Origin: Camelus dromedarius
Taxonomy: Eukaryota
Assembly: GCF_036321535.1 (NCBI RefSeq)
Contig: NC_087446.1
Coordinates: 3,038,001-3,102,000 of the forward strand
Direction of reading: 5' to 3'
Length of the DNA: 64,000 nt
The notes under the pieces are model-generated. The model saw only the letters and a program-made list of their open reading frames with translations. It was not told the DNA's origin and searched no databases. Both the position numbers and the translations under genes were made by a program. Positions 62,644 to 64,000 of the stretch are shown here, piece after piece; position 1 is the stretch's first letter, and the number at the start of each line of letters is the position of its first letter.

Positions 62644-62790
62644 AGTCGACGTAGGGGACAGCAGAGCTCAGTGGCGGAGCGCATGCCTAGCCTGCACGAG
62701 GTCCTGGGTTCAGTCCCCAGTACCTCCATGAAAAATAAATAAACCTGATTACCTCTCCCCCGACACACACAAAATAAAAAATAAAATAAA
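62644..62790 (+). mobile_element. vic-1-like SINE
   Basis: agctcagtggcggagcgcatgcctagcctgcacgaggtcctgggttcagtccccagtacctcca...aaacctgattacctctcccc. Confidence 0.92.
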
Positions 62791-63679
62791 ACTGATTTTT
62801 AAAAAATGAAAAGGGGATTTAAAAAAAATTCGGCGGAAATGAAATTCATATTCATCACACAAAAGCTTTGACCCAGTATAGACGGAACCAGCAGCAACGG
62901 AGATGACCAGGGCCAGACGACGGAGGAGCAACGGAGGACCAGGGGCCTGGACAGTCACAGCGCTGAAGGACCACACTCCCCAACAAGGAAGGCCTGCTGG
63001 GTTTTGGCAGAAACACATCAGACACGCAACAGGCAGACGTGCTAAGGCTGAGCCTCCGGGAGCTAAGCTGGTGGTCACCGCTGGGTTGGGAGACCATGTC
63101 TTACGAACTTCACGAACCCTGAGTCCCCCTGAGCTCGTGACGGCGCCTTCCCCTGGAGGACACCTTGCAGGGACCCACAGCCCCAGGGCAGCGGGTGTGG
63201 AGCCGGAACAGGGCAGGGAGGGAGACAGTATTCACTGAGCACCCCTGGGCCGGCCCCTCAGTAACAGTCACCACACTGCTGTCTTTAGTGGGTCCAATGG
63301 GGGCCAGGGTGGGTAGTTCTGGCCCCACTGACAGGAGGAAATGCAGGGGCGCAGGGAGGAAAGCCGCCGTGCAGTTGGGAGGTGCAGATGGTGAAATAAA
63401 CAAGTGGCGGGGAGGCTGCGTGACGTCACGGTGGGTTCTGAGGGTCCAGAAAGGCTCCGTAAAGGAAGGGACACCCAAGCTGAATCCTAAAAGGTGACCG
63501 GAAAGAAATGCAGCAGAAAAAAATGACAGAAAAAAGGGTAAGGGGCATTGCTATGAAAAGGGCACAGTCCACATGCAGAGATGACCTGGAACACCACTGA
63601 GCAAGGAGCTGAGCAGGGCTGGACGTTCCACTCCGGGACAGCTGGGTCAGTTCCGCGTCGCCGCACGGCCAACAGCCCC

Positions 63680-63975
63680 AGAGCTCAGTGACTCGAAACT
63701 ACAACTGCTACAGTTTGCTCACAGCTCTGTGGGTCAGCAGTTTGGGCTGGGCTCAGCGGGACGGGTCTTCTGCAGCCAGTTGGCAGCCGAGGCTGGAGGG
63801 CTGGTGGAGGTGGGTGCTGGCGGTGGGCTGGCCCCTTCTCCCCATGGGGGCTTTCGTCCTCTCGGAGGCCCGCCCAGGCTTCTGCAGGTGCACCAATCTT
63901 CCAAGAGAGTGAGTGCAGAAACTGCAAGACCTCACCTGTAAATTCTACGTCACTTCAGCCACACTCTGTGGGTCT
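63680..63975 (-). mobile_element. Old MLT1-type LTR fragment
   Basis: ctcacagctctgtgggtcagcagtttgggctgggctcagcggg...ttccaagagagtgagtgcagaaactgcaagacc. Confidence 0.65.
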
Positions 63976-64000
63976 GAGCATGTCAGGAGGAAGCTCATGT

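Overview
GC-rich mammalian genomic DNA, most likely a camelid (about 12 copies of a tRNA-Ala-derived SINE resembling camelid vic-1), syntenic with human 22q13.31 in reverse orientation. Gene order: TTC38 (minus, coding exons 1-6; exon 7 onward not found and presumably left of the window), intronless PKDREJ (plus, 2297 aa from ATG 13675), CDPF1 (plus, 123 aa, one non-coding plus three coding exons) and PPARA (minus, all six coding exons, 468 aa, about 7.3 kb 3'UTR; upstream 5'UTR exons not identified). There are three CpG-island promoters, one 128-N assembly gap, three ERV1-type solo LTRs with 4-bp TSDs, several L1/L2/MIR/MaLR/MER fragments and a fossil hAT-Tip100 transposase split by an L1. 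No novel biological system is proven by the sequence alone. The best leads are: (i) the known PPARA exon-6-skip frame has lost its early stop, so it reads 122 extra residues; (ii) a chain of splice sites, a stop and an AATAAA suggests a minus-strand spliced transcript between CDPF1 and PKDREJ that uses a transposase-derived exon; (iii) a plus-strand splice chain with a 13-nt micro-exon runs from the TTC38 promoter toward PKDREJ; (iv) a +4 tandem donor in CDPF1 opens a 116-aa alternative-frame tail; (v) a SINE supplies an AATAAA inside the PPARA 3'UTR. Repeat subfamily names and human/mouse comparisons are from memory and need database confirmation.
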